DNA from: Octopus bimaculoides
Lineage: Eukaryota
Length of the DNA: 49,701 bases
NCBI RefSeq assembly: GCF_001194135.2
Contig: NC_069002.1
Coordinates: 1,310,530 to 1,360,230, forward strand
Direction of reading: 5' to 3'
Made by a program: the position numbers and the translations under genes. Shown here piece by piece: positions 1-12,062 of this stretch. Numbering within the stretch: the stretch's first letter is position 1; every line of letters begins with the position of its first letter. The notes under the pieces are model-generated. The model was not told where the DNA came from. It made no database searches and saw nothing but the letters and a program-made list of their open reading frames with translations.

Positions 1-47
<47 letters not shown>

Positions 48-205
48 CACATAAATAGATATATAGATAAGTAGATAGATGGATACATAGATGGCTGGAT
101 AGATACATAGATAGATGGATAGATACATAGATGGATGGATGTATGGATAGATGCATAGATAGATAGATAGATGCATAGATAGATAGATAGATAGATAGAT
201 GCACA
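1..205. repeat. (TA)n then (ATAG/ATGG)n microsatellite
   Basis: Direct reading of tandem units. Confidence 0.95.
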
Positions 206-537
206 TATAGAGAAATAAGTACATATAGCTATAAGCTTAGTTGGTATTTTAAACTTATTTGATTTTTATAATAGAGAAAACACATTTAAAGATATAAGAT
301 ACGACTATCATTCAACGATATTATTTCCATCTAAACATTGGAAGCTCTTCCATGAACGAGCTCTGCACATTCTTTTAACAAACATTTTATCATAATGTTT
401 ACCCTCAGTTCAACGTCCTGTTTTGCTTTACCTTCACTATAATGGCATCATAATCTTTTATGAGCATCGGCATTTGTTTGCAAGTCTCGATGTTTTAGAG
501 CTAATGTGTGTGTCTTTGTGTGTGAGTATAAACACAA

Positions 538-580
<43 letters not shown>

Positions 581-1746
581 NNNNNNNNNNNNNNNNNNNN
601 NNNNNNNNNNNNNNNNNNNNNNNNNNNNNNNNNNNNNNNNNNNNNNNNNNNNNNNNNNNNNNNNNNNNNNNNNNNNNNNNNNNNNNNNNNNNNNNNNNNN
701 NNNNNNNNNNNNNNNNNNNNNNNNNNNNNNNNNNNNNNNNNNNNNNNNNNNNNNNNNNNNNNNNNNNNNNNNNNNNNNNNNNNNNNNNNNNNNNNNNNNN
801 NNNNNNNNNNNNNNNNNNNNNNNNNNNNNNNNNNNNNNNNNNNNNNNNNNNNNNNNNNNNNNNNNNNNNNNNNNNNNNNNNNNNNNNNNNNNNNNNNNNN
901 NNNNNNNNNNNNNNNNNNNNNNNNNNNNNNNNNNNNNNNNNNNNNNNNNNNNNNNNNNNNNNNNNNNNNNNNNNNNNNNNNNNNNNNNNNNNNNNNNNNN
1001 NNNNNNNNNNNNNNNNNNNNNNNNNNNNNNNNNNNNNNNNNNNNNNNNNNNNNNNNNNNNNNNNNNNNNNNNNNNNNNNNNNNNNNNNNNNNNNNNNNNN
1101 NNNNNNNNNNNNNNNNNNNNNNNNNNNNNNNNNNNNNNNNNNATATATATATATATATATATATATAAATTCGTTTAAATATATAAATGTATTTATATAT
1201 ATATATATTTATATATATATATATACAGTTCTATATTTAAGAGATGAGGAATTATTTATATGTATAATGTATGTATGCATGCATATATGTATGCATATAT
1301 GCATGTATTTATGTATATATGTATACAGCCTCTCGTATACATTTCACTAAATATATTCCTTTTCAAGTCACTTAATATACAGAATAGTTTTGTTTCAAAA
1401 CTGACGAGAAGAAAATCTCAGTCTACAAAAACGGAATATTTTGATAAAACATAATATTATAACTTGCAATTAATCTTTGTCATTTAATGTTACATTCGTT
1501 TAGTAATTGCAAAAAATATTTTCATTATGACTAAATTTCAGAAATTAATTTAATATTCGAATACATATATACGTGTGTGTGATTGTATGTGCTTGTTTGT
1601 GTGTACGTATATACATACGTGTGCGTATACAGGAATGCTAATGTTACATATACAAATATGCATTTAAATGTGAAAATACTACTTCTATACATGTATTTAT
1701 TGATATCTAAATTTATATTTACATGCCTATTCTATACACACACACA

Positions 1747-1829
<83 letters not shown>

Positions 1830-2020
1830 GATAAAAAGTATATCTCATTCTCTATTTATCTATTAACCTATATACATAATTACATATGCATATATATGTA
1901 TATATAATCATATACAAATATACATATATATGTATATGTGTGCGTATGTGTGTAGATACTTATATATATGTATTATCATATGCTCCTGTGGAGTGTGTAT
2001 TTTTTATATATGAAAGTATA

Positions 2021-2240
2021 GGAGGTGAGCTGGCAGACTCCTTAGCACGCCGGGAAATACGCTTAGACTCATTTTCGTCCGTCTTTACGTTCCGAGTTCA
2101 AATGCCGCCGTGATTGTCTTTTCCGTTCATCCTCTTTGGTCGATAAAGTAAGTAGCAGTTGAACACTGGGTGGATGTAATCGACTTACCCGCCCTCTTCC
2201 CCCGCCTCCGAAACCCTGGCCTTGTGCCAATATTTGAATC
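2021..2240 (+). mobile_element. tRNA-derived SINE, family A (near full length)
   Basis: Head GGTGAGCTGGCAGA..TTAGCACGCCGGG, B-box-like GAGTTCAAAT, body GTCGATAAA..GTTGAACACTGGG and tail GGCCTTGTGCC, all shared with many copies in the window. Confidence 0.85.
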
Positions 2241-2719
2241 AGTAATATTTTATTAATAGAAAGAATTATTTCATATGAAACTAGACCTCTATTCTATCCA
2301 TATAGAGAAAAATACACACATATATATACATACTTACATACATACATCATATATATATATACATATACATATACATACATATATACATATATATATATAT
2401 ACATATACATATACATACATATATATATATACATATACATACATATATATATATACATATACATACATATATATATATACATATACATACATATATATAT
2501 ATACATATACATACATATATATANNNNNNNNNNNNNNNNNNNNNNNNNNNNNNNNNNNNNNNNNNNNNNNNNNNNNNNNNNNNNNNNNNNNNNNNNNNNN
2601 NNNNNNNNNNNNNNNNNNNNNNNNNNNNNNNNNNNNNNNNNNNNNNNNNNNNNNNNNNNNNNNNNNNNNNNNNNNNNNNNNNNNNNNNNNNNTATACATA
2701 TATATATACATATACATAC

Positions 2720-2753
<34 letters not shown>

Positions 2754-2823
2754 ATACATATACAAACATATATATATATATACATATACATATATATATA
2801 CATACATATATATATACATACAT

Positions 2824-2857
<34 letters not shown>

Positions 2858-2904
2858 ATACATACATATATATATATATACATACATATATATATACATA
2901 CATA

Positions 2905-2980
2905 AGGAGAAACACGTCTGGGTAAATGTTTGGGTACAGGAGAAACACGTCTGGGTAAATGTTTGGGTACAGGAGAAACA
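2905..2980 (+). repeat. 33-bp tandem repeat, 2.3 copies
   Basis: AGGAGAAACACGTCTGGGTAAATGTTTGGGTAC is exact at 2905-2937 and 2938-2970, with a partial copy at 2971-2980. Confidence 0.95.
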
Positions 2981-3156
2981 TGTTCTATATTGCAATGTTA
3001 TACTCCTACATGCATATAGAATTATTTGAGCATAAACATACAGAACACGATATCATAATATGTTCTTTGACACAAACACAGTAATATAATGCAGACATAT
3101 ACAGATACATACTGACGCACATACACACAAATACGTAGTGCATACATACATATATA

Positions 3157-3230
3157 CAGTAATCCCTCGACTATCGCGGGTGTTACGTTCCAAAACCCCT
3201 CGCGATAGGTGAAAATCCGCGAAGTAGAAA
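3157..3230 (+). mobile_element. pogo/Tigger-like DNA transposon terminus (solo end)
   Basis: TA followed by CAGTAATCCCTCGACTATCGCGGG...CCCTCGCGATAG...ATCCGCGAAG resembles pogo/Tigger ends (TA + CAGT). No partner end was found. Confidence 0.6.
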
Positions 3231-4179
3231 CTGTACTGTACTGTATATTTGTTGAAGTCATGTAAGGGTCAATAGAATTTATTCTTTAAAATAAACTAAC
3301 ATTGGCCAACGCAGACGAAATACTTTTTTGCTAATTACGATGATTTATATAAACTTGTTCAACAACATCGTCAAGAAACAAACTCGATTTACCTCTTTTC
3401 ATTGATAAAGCGGTGGGAAGGCAACCATTGTTATTTCTTTCTTTTTGAAACGGAACTGGTATCTGTCAGAAAGACAACCACAAACAGCGAGTACTCTTCA
3501 CAGAAAATCATCGTTGCTCATGCTCACCTACTGAACGTCTATAGAATATAATGCAACGAGTCAGGAGAGCGAGATCTAGCGTTTGGGTTGTTAGACTTCA
3601 CTCTACTTTAAAGAAAATGGAGAGACCTTCTTTAAGGTCTACCGACCTTTTCTATATCGTCCTTCTTTACGGGTCCAGGCTTCATATTATGTGTGTGTAT
3701 ACAGGAAAATGAAATGACGAAGGAATAAACGATTATCTTATGAACTCCGCTAGCTTAGAGCTGTTTCTGCTGTCAGATACAGTGTGGACTCGTAATTGAG
3801 TGCCTGAGTAACACATAGCTTCATCAGAGCCTCGAATATGAAACACTGAAACTACAAATAAATTAATATATGCACATACATACATATAATTTTCTTAAAA
3901 ACCATTAAACATGCGCATTGACACGCACTCACCTAACATTTTCTGTAAAATTAAAATACATTTCTTTTTAGAATAACATCATTTATGTTTCTGTCTATTG
4001 CAGATATTTTACGAAAATCTGAGAGAGATTTCAACGTTAAGCATGAAGAAATACACAACGAAACCAAAGGGAGAAAGACCGTTGAATAATATTTAGGAAA
4101 CGATCATTGCAAACTGACATGTGAAACACCCCAACATATTCGATAGTCTTCAGCACAGTTTTCAATCTACCAACACTCA

Positions 4180-4292
4180 TGTGTATCTCAACTCGAGACT
4201 ACGGTAGAAGACACTTGACCAAAGTACAGCGCTGTGGGATCGAACCAGTAAACACATGGCTGCGAAGAGAACTTATTAACGACGCAACCACA
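4180..4292 (-). mobile_element. SINE family B, diverged 5' part
   Basis: The reverse complement matches the family-B head (TGGTT...GTTCGATCCCACAGCG..TTGGTCAAGTGTCTTCTAC). Confidence 0.65.
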
Positions 4293-4802
4293 TCCACGGT
4301 TGACCCGTTCTCTACTATTCTTTTTATTCTTTCATTCTTTGAGAGCTGTTCGAAATTTTAAAATTTGCATTATAAACACTGCAAATATGTCTCACCTCAT
4401 GTAGCACAGTGATATTTGTCTTATATGTTCACACTGGCACACGCTCGCGTACGCACACATACGCTTACGCGCAGACACGTGCACACACACACACGTGCGC
4501 GCGCGCCTTAAAAGTTTGAATGTACAGACCAAACGTGAGATTGCTCAATAGATGTTAGAATGTCAGAGAATCAATTTATTCCATTGAAGTTGATGATTCA
4601 CTCCGGGACAATTCAGCACTTTTTGAGATTCTTTGGGCGTCAAAAGCACCAGCTTCCAGCATATATACGCATATTCATTGACATGCCGAGATACGCAAAC
4701 GCACACATACATCCACACGTGCAAGCAAACACACATACACATGCATGAACACGGGCGCGCGCGCAGACACACACGCACACATGAGCACGCACTCACACTC
4801 GC

Positions 4803-6073
4803 TCATACAATAAAGTGTCTTCCCTCTAAATAATGCTGTAATGATCTGAAAACAAGCTGGTTTGTTGAAGCAAAATCGGGAGAGTAAGGAAGTTGAGGCA
4901 AGGCCTTCATAGTTAGCGCCCTAATCGTTTCCCAAGTAACTTGGGCAACATGTTGTCTTGCACAATCGTATAACGGCAGAATCCGTTTACAATTGAATAA
5001 CAACATGCACGAGATGTTTGTGAGGTACTTCTAACCGATGACAAAACTGCTTCGTGTTTGCTGTTTCATAGTGGTTTAACACTTCATGGAAGCACATGGC
5101 TTAGCAGTTAGCGTATTCGGCTCGCGATCGTAAGCTCATGAGTTCGAAAACCAGCATCGAATTGTGTCATTAAGCAAAACACTGTATTTCACATTGCTCC
5201 AGTCCACTCAGCTGATAAACATGAGTTGTACCTGTAACTCAAAGAGCCAGCCTCGTCACATTCTGTGTCACGCTGAATTTCCCTGAGAACTACGTTAAGA
5301 TTACACGTGTCTGCGGAGTACTCAGCCACTTTAAAGTTAATTTCACGAGCAGTTTGTTCCGTTGATCGGATCAACTGGAGCCCTCGTCGTCGCAACCGGC
5401 GGAGTGCCAGTAAGACTTCATGTTTTACAGAGGGCATAACTTTGTTCGGGTGTTGTCCTGGTTTGATAATATATCCTCCTTGTTCCGTGAGTGCCGTGCA
5501 ATTTCGTTTTCGTTCCATATGATTAAAAAGAACCCAATTTTCATCATTTGTGATGATTTTACCCAGTGAAAGTTCGGTATCAAGTCTACTCTTCAATGAC
5601 GATCAAAGAGCAACTCTTTGATTAAGCTGAGAAGTGTTCAGATGCTGTGGAATTCACTAGAAAAGCTTAGTTTTTCTTGTTCATGAAGATGTCTTGAAAA
5701 TTCTCGCTTTCGGAACCCCATCATTACCAAAACTTGGTCGTTCAGCTCCAGGCAAATCTGCGAGAGAAAAAAATGTCCGAGACAAACTGGCGCCAAACAT
5801 TGTTCTTCATTCCAATAAAAAGAAAAACTATTTCTTTCCACATTGATTGCTGGAGAGACCTTTTTGAATTCATGCAACATGCAGTCTTTGATATCGATCT
5901 AATCAAAACTAGTTGTAAATTGGGAGAAAATCGATATAAATTTAACCATTATGGAATGAATGAAAATAACATTAGAATGTTAAAATTAATGCTTTGTTTA
6001 CCGTAAGTATTGAAAAAGTACCACGAAAATAAGAATCCCAATAGATACGAAAAGATTTCTTTCCAACCTAATA
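4803..6073 (-). pseudogene. Degenerate mariner (Tc1/mariner, DD34D-type) transposon with a dead transposase
   Basis: Motifs occur in the correct order on the minus strand: MLHEFKK (N-terminus), QRVAL*SSLKSRL..KIITNDENW (cf. IITGDEKW), KPGQHPNKVM (cf. KPGLHPKKVM), HYE..FCHRLE after SINE removal, YDCARQHVA (cf. HDNARPHVA), PQLPYSPDFASTNQLVFRSLQHYLEG (cf. HPPYSPDLAPSDYHLFRSLQHFLDG). The terminus reads TA-TTAGGTTGGAAAG at 6073-6058. Stops and frameshifts are present. Confidence 0.92.
5089..5414 (+). mobile_element. tRNA-derived SINE, family C, full length, inserted in the mariner
   Basis: tRNA-like head (TGGCTTAGCAGTTAG...GAGTTCGAAA), central TTGCTCCAGTCCACTCAGCTG and tail GATCGGATCAACTGGAGCCCTCGTCGTC. 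It is flanked by the direct repeat ACTTCATG (5081-5088, 5415-5422). Confidence 0.88.
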
Positions 6074-6497
6074 TATGAACGTGTGTGTATGTGTGTACGT
6101 ATGTATATGCATGTACTCACACATATATATATGTCGGGGGGGGGGAGCTGTTGTGTGTGTTTGTGGTTGTGTTTTAGACCTGAGTCTTTCCTGATTGAAT
6201 GTAACTATGAAATGTGCTCTATGTGTATGTATTATGTACCTATGCATGTGTGTGCGTGTGTGCACGATGTTTGTGTGTGAGTGTGTGTGTGTGTGTAATG
6301 TCACTGAAAATTCTTTATTAATAACCTTTACTCATTAAAAAAAAAATTATCAATGTTCCGTTTTATTGAAATGAAATAATTTATTAAATTTCGATGTTAA
6401 TTTATTTAAAAATGAATCTAACAGAATTCATTCAGAACCTAAATGAAACTTTCAAATCAATCGCTCTTTCTAAGAAAATAATTATAATGAAATCTAC

Positions 6498-6640
6498 TTA
6501 GGGCACAAGGCCAGTAATTTTTAGAAATGGAGCGGATACATCGATACCAGTGGGCAATTGGGGCTTAGCTTCTCAGCCTGCAACGGATAAAAGACAAAAG
6601 TCGATCTCGGCCGGATTTGAACACAAAGCAAACACGTCAC
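6498..6640 (-). mobile_element. SINE family A fragment
   Basis: GGCACAAGGCC tail and AAAGTCGATCTCGGCCGGATTTGAAC, reverse complements of family-A motifs. Confidence 0.65.
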
Positions 6641-6669
6641 AATATTGGATACGGTGCAACATCGGTGTT

Positions 6670-6745
6670 AATGTTCTGAGTTCAAACCCTGCAGAGGTCA
6701 ACATTGCCTTTCATCCTTCAAGTACGATAAAGCAGAACATAAGCG
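6670..6745 (+). mobile_element. SINE family A fragment
   Basis: GTTCTGAGTTCAAACCCTGCAGAGGTCAACATTGCCTTTCATCC. Confidence 0.7.
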
Positions 6746-7155
6746 GTGGGGTCGTGTCGAAGTAACTGCCTCGTCCTCTGTCCTCAAATGTGTTGGACTT
6801 CAACCCTTCCAAAGGGCCAGCGGCGTCTCATTCAGGGTTATTTTGTGATCTCGGTTTCTTAAACGCCCCGGAAACCGGATAACCGTCCTTATGAGCCCTG
6901 CTTGTGAAGTGAGTAACTGTCATGTGGCCATTCGAATTCCTTTAATTCACAGAACATTGGTGACTTTCAGTGTTCTTGGCGGTTTCTTGTTTGACAATAT
7001 TTAAATCTCATTGGATCATTGACTTTTTTATTGCTTCAGTACAAAAGAGTTCTTGCAGTAAACCACTCTTTAAAAGACATGAAATGCTGTTTCTCTCCCT
7101 TCATCCCTCCCTCTTCATTTGTCTCCTTGTTCATCTACACTCTCTCCATGTTAGA

Positions 7156-7226
<71 letters not shown>

Positions 7227-7445
7227 CATACATACACGCTTATATATTTTTATAAATACAGACATTTGCACACACACACGATGAAGATGAAGATGCCAGG
7301 GCTCTCAGGAATACGTCTCTGGTGATTTACTGAATCCAAACAGATCAATTATTAGAGTCAACTGAGATTTCCATCCCACCGCCATCACACTTATGATATT
7401 GGTTACTTCGGGCCAACCAGAGAGCCACGACACAGTCACGCAGTC

Positions 7446-7495
7446 TGTAAGAAATAACAGCTAAACATCCTCAAAGAAGCACCTTACTGCCTTAC
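7446..7495 (+). repeat. Unclassified dispersed repeat, core AGAAATAGCAGCCAAATCTCCCTCAAATCACAC
   Basis: Similar segments at about 13555-13590, 13672-13714, 22745-22784, 30115-30140, 30794-30828 and 35901-35932. Confidence 0.6.
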
Positions 7496-7589
7496 AATAA
7501 TGGTGCTTTTTAAATTGTACACTAAACAATGTCAGAAGGCTGCCTTGATGATAATAGATGTAAGTTTTGTTACAAAGCAGGTAAGGTCG

Positions 7590-7766
7590 GGGAAGGGGTT
7601 AGTCGATTCCATTGACTCCAGGGCTCAGCTGGTTCTTATTTTATCGACCACGAAAGGATGAAATGCAAAGTCGACCTCGGCAGAATTTGAACCCAGAACG
7701 TAAAGATAGACGAAATGCCACTAAGCATTTCACCCGGCGTGCTAACGATTCTGCCAGCTCACCGCT
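7590..7766 (-). mobile_element. SINE family A
   Basis: Well-preserved reverse-complement copy ending GCTAACGATTCTGCCAGCTCACCGC. Confidence 0.9.
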
Positions 7767-7837
7767 TTAATAATAACAACAGCACCAACAACAACAATAA
7801 TAATAATAGAGCCCATATGTAATAATCATTAGTATTA

Positions 7838-8040
7838 TAGGCACACGGCCTGATATGTGAGTGGGGGAGGGGAGCAGTCGATTACATCGACCCCAGTTTT
7901 CAACTGGTACTTATTTTATCGAACTCGAAACGATGAAAGGCAAAGTCGACTTCGACGAATTTGAAATCAGAATGTAAAGCCGGATAAGATGTCGTTAAGC
8001 ATTTTATCCGGTGTGCTAACGATTCTACAAGCTCACCACC
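7838..8040 (-). mobile_element. SINE family A
   Basis: Near full-length reverse-complement copy. Confidence 0.9.
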
Positions 8041-8052
8041 TTAATAATAATA

Positions 8053-8217
8053 GTTTCAAATTTTGCCACAAGGCCAGTAATTTTCAACTGGTACTTATTT
8101 TATCGACCCTGAAAGGCAGAGTTGATTTCGGCGGAATTTGAACTCAGAACGTAATGGCGGGCGAAATACCGCTAAGCATTTCGCCCGGCGCGCTAACCAT
8201 TCTGCCAGCTCGCCGCC
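8053..8217 (-). mobile_element. SINE family A with internal deletion
   Basis: Intact head and tail, lacking the GGGGTCGAT..CCC segment present in the neighbouring copy. Confidence 0.88.
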
Positions 8218-8364
8218 TTAATAACAAGAAATATATATGGGCAATACGTGCATGTGTATATATATATATATATGCATATATATATATATGCGTGTGTGCA
8301 TGTGTATATGTGGATAATACACTCCAAGTTACCTGTACGTATATATATGTTTTTTTTTTTTAGT

Positions 8365-8510
8365 TATTTAATCGACATCGCCAGGATAGAAGACAAAATT
8401 AGACTTCAGCGAGTTTCAAACACAATATAACCAAATAAGGAAAGACACTCCATCCTCACCTAACACCACCCAACCATTTCAACCATCTTTAGAATCCGCA
8501 CAAAACCAGC
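8365..8510 (+). mobile_element. Possible Penelope-like element relic
   Basis: Translation KERHSILT*HHPTISTIFRI resembles the PLVLTYHP region of Penelope-like ORFs. The match is weak. Confidence 0.3.
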
Positions 8511-9008
8511 GGAAATTCAACAAGCCTTTATCTTTTAACTTTCTTTTCCCGACATATTCCCTGTACCCCATATGTAATTTCGCTTTGGCCATTGTAATCT
8601 ATGCCATTGGCCTGTTCATCGCTTTATCTCTGTCTCTTTTAAAAAGAGCAGCGTGTATCTGAAGAAATAATAGCTTTAGGAAAAGAGTTGAAACGTTGAC
8701 TAAGAATGAACAATTTCAATTGATTGGTTTCGCGAGATAACAATTGTCTATTAAAGTCTGTGGTCAAATTTATTGTTTCCTTGATATACAGGTGGTGGTG
8801 GTGGTGGCGGCAATGGTGGTGGTGGGTGTTGTGGTGGTAGTGGTTGTGGTGGTGGTGTTGAGGTTGCTCTTTTCATTGCGGCATTTAAAATACACCACCA
8901 TTTAATATCACTTCTAGATAGACATCATTTGTTTGGTTTCTGCAATTAGCATTGCGGTGTCATGCGTAATATATCTGTGCTACACCGAGTAGAGGTACGC
9001 GTGTGTGC

Positions 9009-9055
<47 letters not shown>

Positions 9056-9109
9056 AAAATGATAGATTGATAAATAGATAGACAGATAGATATACATTAT
9101 TAGTATATT

Positions 9110-9140
<31 letters not shown>

Positions 9141-9462
9141 GTGAGTATGTATGCAAATATATGCATACAGAAACTATGTATGCACGTACATATGTACAAA
9201 TGTATATCCAGACAGAAGGAAGGAGAGACATATACACATATATATGTGTGCATATATACACACACATATATATGCATATAGTATATCTACATATATACAG
9301 ATATATATATATATACACACACACGTGTGTGTGTGTGTGTGTGTATTTCTGTATTTGGATGTATAGCTACCTATCGATCTATGAGTCTCTCCTCTAACAC
9401 ACGTATATATGTATGTGTTAAGTACAAGGACACACACGCGCGCTGCACGCACACACCTATAC

Positions 9463-9535
<73 letters not shown>

Positions 9536-9854
9536 GAGAGACAGAAAAAGATAGGAAAACAGATACATACAAAAACAGATACATAAGCTCTTCTCGCAAT
9601 TCAATAATTTCAAATCAATATACATACATACATACGCACATATATATATATACGAACATATACATGTATGTATGTATACATATTTATGTTTGTATGCCTA
9701 TATGTAGAGAGAGTGGGGTAAGACAGAAAGAAAGATGCATAATCGATACATGTAACTTATTTTCACCAGAAGAAGGACTTGAAATCACTATACGTATGTG
9801 TGTGTGCATGTGCGTGCGCACGTGTGGGTATAAATATATATATATCTATATCTA

Positions 9855-9936
<82 letters not shown>

Positions 9937-10129
9937 CGTACGTCCCTGTCAGTATACCTCACTAACTGTCATTATTTATAATTAACAACCTAATCTATAA
10001 TACCAATACATTAATGACACGTTTAGATAGACCAAGCACACACACATACACACACAAACACACTCAAAAACAACTATCTTGTCCAGCAAACCATCAATCA
10101 ATCTATCAATATAGTTCACGCCGTTAACG

Positions 10130-10328
10130 CAGTGAGTTTGGCAGAATCGTTAGGAAGTCAGGCAAAAGTGCTTAGCAGTATCTTCTGCCGTCTTAACGTC
10201 CTGAGTTCATTTTCTTCCGGGTTCGTCCCTTTCGGGGTTGATAAAATAGGTATCTGTTGAACACAGGGGTTGATATAATCAACTAATCTGATCCTCCTTA
10301 AATTGCTGCCCTTGCGGCAAAATGTGAA
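10130..10328 (+). mobile_element. SINE family A, diverged
   Basis: TTGGCAGAATCGTTAG head, CCTTTCGGGGTTGATAAAATAGG body. Confidence 0.8.
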
Positions 10329-10729
10329 ATATATATTTCATCCCGTCCTTTGCACACGCTGTACACATCCGCCTCCGACAAAGGCACACAAAAGCACACG
10401 TACGCAGACACAGTCGCGCACATACACATATACACACATGTATCAACTCAGATTTCGTGGGGAATCTCTGTTCAGGCAATGGTCGATGAGACCATGGAGT
10501 TTTCTCCGTGCTTCATGTGTTCCCATCCAGCGACTTTGCACATGTTTCAGCCTTTCTCAAAGAACATACGAAGCAATACTCCGAGTAACCACAGAGTATA
10601 TAACTAGCTTTGTGTTTGTGTGTGTGAATGTGTGTTTGGTGTAGCTTATACACACACATATGTATGTGTGTCTATAGTATATGAAGTAAGAGAGAGAGAG
10701 AAATTCCCGCATACGCTTGCTTCTACACA

Positions 10730-10799
<70 letters not shown>

Positions 10800-11229
10800 T
10801 ATACATGTATATATATATATATACACATATATATACATGTATATATATATATATATATACACATATATATACATGTATATATATATATATATATACACAC
10901 ATATATATACACACATATATATCAGTGTATGTAAATATAAAGTAAGAGGGAAAGGTATACATGTGTGTGTGTGTAAATTTATATTGTCACACACGTTTAG
11001 ATATACAATATATAAATATGAATTCACGGATATAGAAATTCATACATACATTTATACGCATATCTACACACACAAGCGCACACACACACATATATATATG
11101 TGTGTATACATACATGTGTACATTGACGTACCCACGCGCACACATAATTAATTAGTCCCTTGATAACGAACTTAGCTACGTATTTTATCAAGGGAGACAT
11201 CATTAACACGAAGAATTTTTCTTCCTAAC

Positions 11230-12062
11230 TCTTCATCTCTCTCCCTCCCCCTCTCTCTCTGTTACTCTTTCTTTGGCATACACACACATACACACGTAAT
11301 GTTTCACTCACTCACACCCTTTCTCTCCACCCCGTCTTTCTCTTTATCTCTCTTATACACACAGAGGCGCTCTTTCCCTTTCTTTTTCCCTGCTTGCATT
11401 TTCACTTTCTCTCACACTATCACTCTCTGTTTGTCTGTGTCTGTGTCTCTTCCCCTCTCTCTCTCTCTCTCTCTCTCCTTTCACGCTCCCATACACAAGT
11501 TTTACTTTCTCTTTCATTTTTCTCCTCTCTTATCTTTTTATTCATTTCTATACAATTTATTCCTTGCTCTTACTCTTTCATTTAGTCTCACTCTTCACTC
11601 TCTCCCTCTCTTTCACATTTCTTCTTTTTCTATATTTTCTACAAATTATTCTCTCGCTCATAAGCTTCTCTCGATCTCTCTTTCAGGCAAACAACGTTTA
11701 TTCTCTCTCTCTCTCCCTCTCTTGCTCTTCCTCTATCTCACCATCATTCACTTTTTACCTTCTCTCCCCAACTCTCTCTCTCTCATTCTTTCTCTCCTTC
11801 TCTCTTGTTGTCACTCTCTGTTTCTCTCTCCCTCCTTCTTTCTCTGTCTTTCTCTCTCTTTTTCCGTCTCTCCCTCTCTCGATGCTCGTTCTTCTCTTCC
11901 ACCGTTTCTTTCATTCAATCTTTCTCTAGCTTCTTTCAATCTCTCCTTCCCTCTCACTGTCTCTCTCTCTCTCCCTCTCTCCTTCTCACCTCCTCTCCTT
12001 CCCATGTTCTCACTTCTTCTCTTCCACTGTTTCTTTCATTCAGTTTCTCTCGAACTTCTTCC
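11230..12062 (+). repeat. ~830-bp polypyrimidine (CT-rich) low-complexity tract
   Basis: Almost entirely C/T on the plus strand; this explains the spurious 280-aa L/S/F ORF. Confidence 0.9.

Noticed and set aside
3755-3830. Minus-strand CTGATGA ... GAAAC pair resembling a hammerhead
   Set aside because: About 50 nt separate the motifs, stem III has a C-C mismatch and an extra base precedes GAAA. Such loose co-occurrence is expected by chance.
5189-5596. 135-aa ORF as an intact gene
   Set aside because: It is a chimera of mariner transposase and the antisense strand of the inserted SINE.
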